A DNA stretch of 64,000 nucleotides from Hydrolagus colliei (lineage: Eukaryota): the NCBI GenBank assembly GCA_035084275.1, contig CM068743.1, forward strand, positions 85,746,001 to 85,810,000. Direction: 5' to 3'. The notes under the pieces were generated by a model. The model did not search any database. It was given only the letters and a program-made list of their open reading frames with translations, and was not told the DNA's origin. Below are positions 63,194 through 64,000 of this stretch, piece after piece. Both the position numbers and the translations under genes were made by a program. Numbering within the stretch: position 1 is the first letter of the stretch; every line of letters begins with the position of its first letter.

Positions 63194-64000
63194 AAAGTTT
63201 CAGTCATCTACAGTTCAGGGGGAGAGATACAGTTAGTTGTACATGTTGGAATTAATTCCAAAAAAAGCTAGGCTGGAAATTGAAAGACAGGGTATAAAAT
63301 GATTTTCTGGGTTATTACCAGTTTTTGATAACAGTAGAGCATTCAGCGGTAGAATTATGGGATACATGAATAGAAGGTTATCTGGTGACAATCTAATCTG
63401 GTGACATTAGATTGATATAAAATAATAATCATCCTTACATTTGATATAGTTCCTTTCACACTATCAAAGCTCTTACAGGATATACTGTAAAGTGTAATGA
63501 CTGTGTTTTTCTGTGGGCAGATTTATCGGAAACTAGACTATTTTTGGAGTAAACCAGGTTGATATGAAAGAGATGTTATGGATCTGAATTGGAGAGTAGT
63601 TACCTATGTAACTAAAGGCAGGAATTAAAACTTAAAATATAGAAGAGAAGGCGATAAATTATTAACACAGTATTGTAGGTATCAGATGGCTTCATGGCTA
63701 TTTGTGGGACATTGCTGTGTACAAGTTGTCTGCTATATTCCCCTGAAAATACACATTCACCACACGTTACAACACTACATGCTGTGAAGAACTTTGAGAT
63801 GTCTGTACAAACCATAGTGATACCAATTCTTTTTGAGAATATCAAGACCAGATATAAGAAGACTGCTTAATCTTGAATTTTAAGAGAAAAAAAAACTTAC
63901 AGACCTAAACTACATGGAATTTCAAGCCTTAGATATAATAATAATCCTTGCAATTAATATAGCTCTTTTCACATCTTCTAGGCGTCCCAAAGAGCTTCAC

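Overview
Eukaryotic, AT-rich, repeat-dense vertebrate DNA. The repeat content (L2 and CR1 LINE fragments, tRNA-derived and Deu-type SINEs, a Penelope-like piece, hAT and Tigger-like elements) points to a cartilaginous fish, probably a holocephalan such as Callorhinchus (inference). The only host gene I can support is gamma-1 syntrophin (SNTG1) on the minus strand. Its last nine coding exons (61431 down to the stop at 27040) all have canonical AG/GT boundaries and splice into one open frame of 978 nt (325 aa plus stop); the 5' exons lie beyond the window end. Positions 1 to about 26 kb are downstream or intergenic. Most ORFs in the supplied track are spurious or transposon-derived. Most notable observations: (1) a ~267-nt TSD-flanked, apparently circularly permuted Penelope-like monomer carrying a decayed hammerhead ribozyme (retrozyme-like); (2) two different hAT elements with perfect 8-bp TSDs inserted at almost the same position of two copies of one SINE family; (3) a CpG-rich composite retroposon ending in a SINE-like tail with (TTAC)n. 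Family names and reference consensus sequences come from recall, not from a database search. Repeat boundaries without TIRs or TSDs are approximate.
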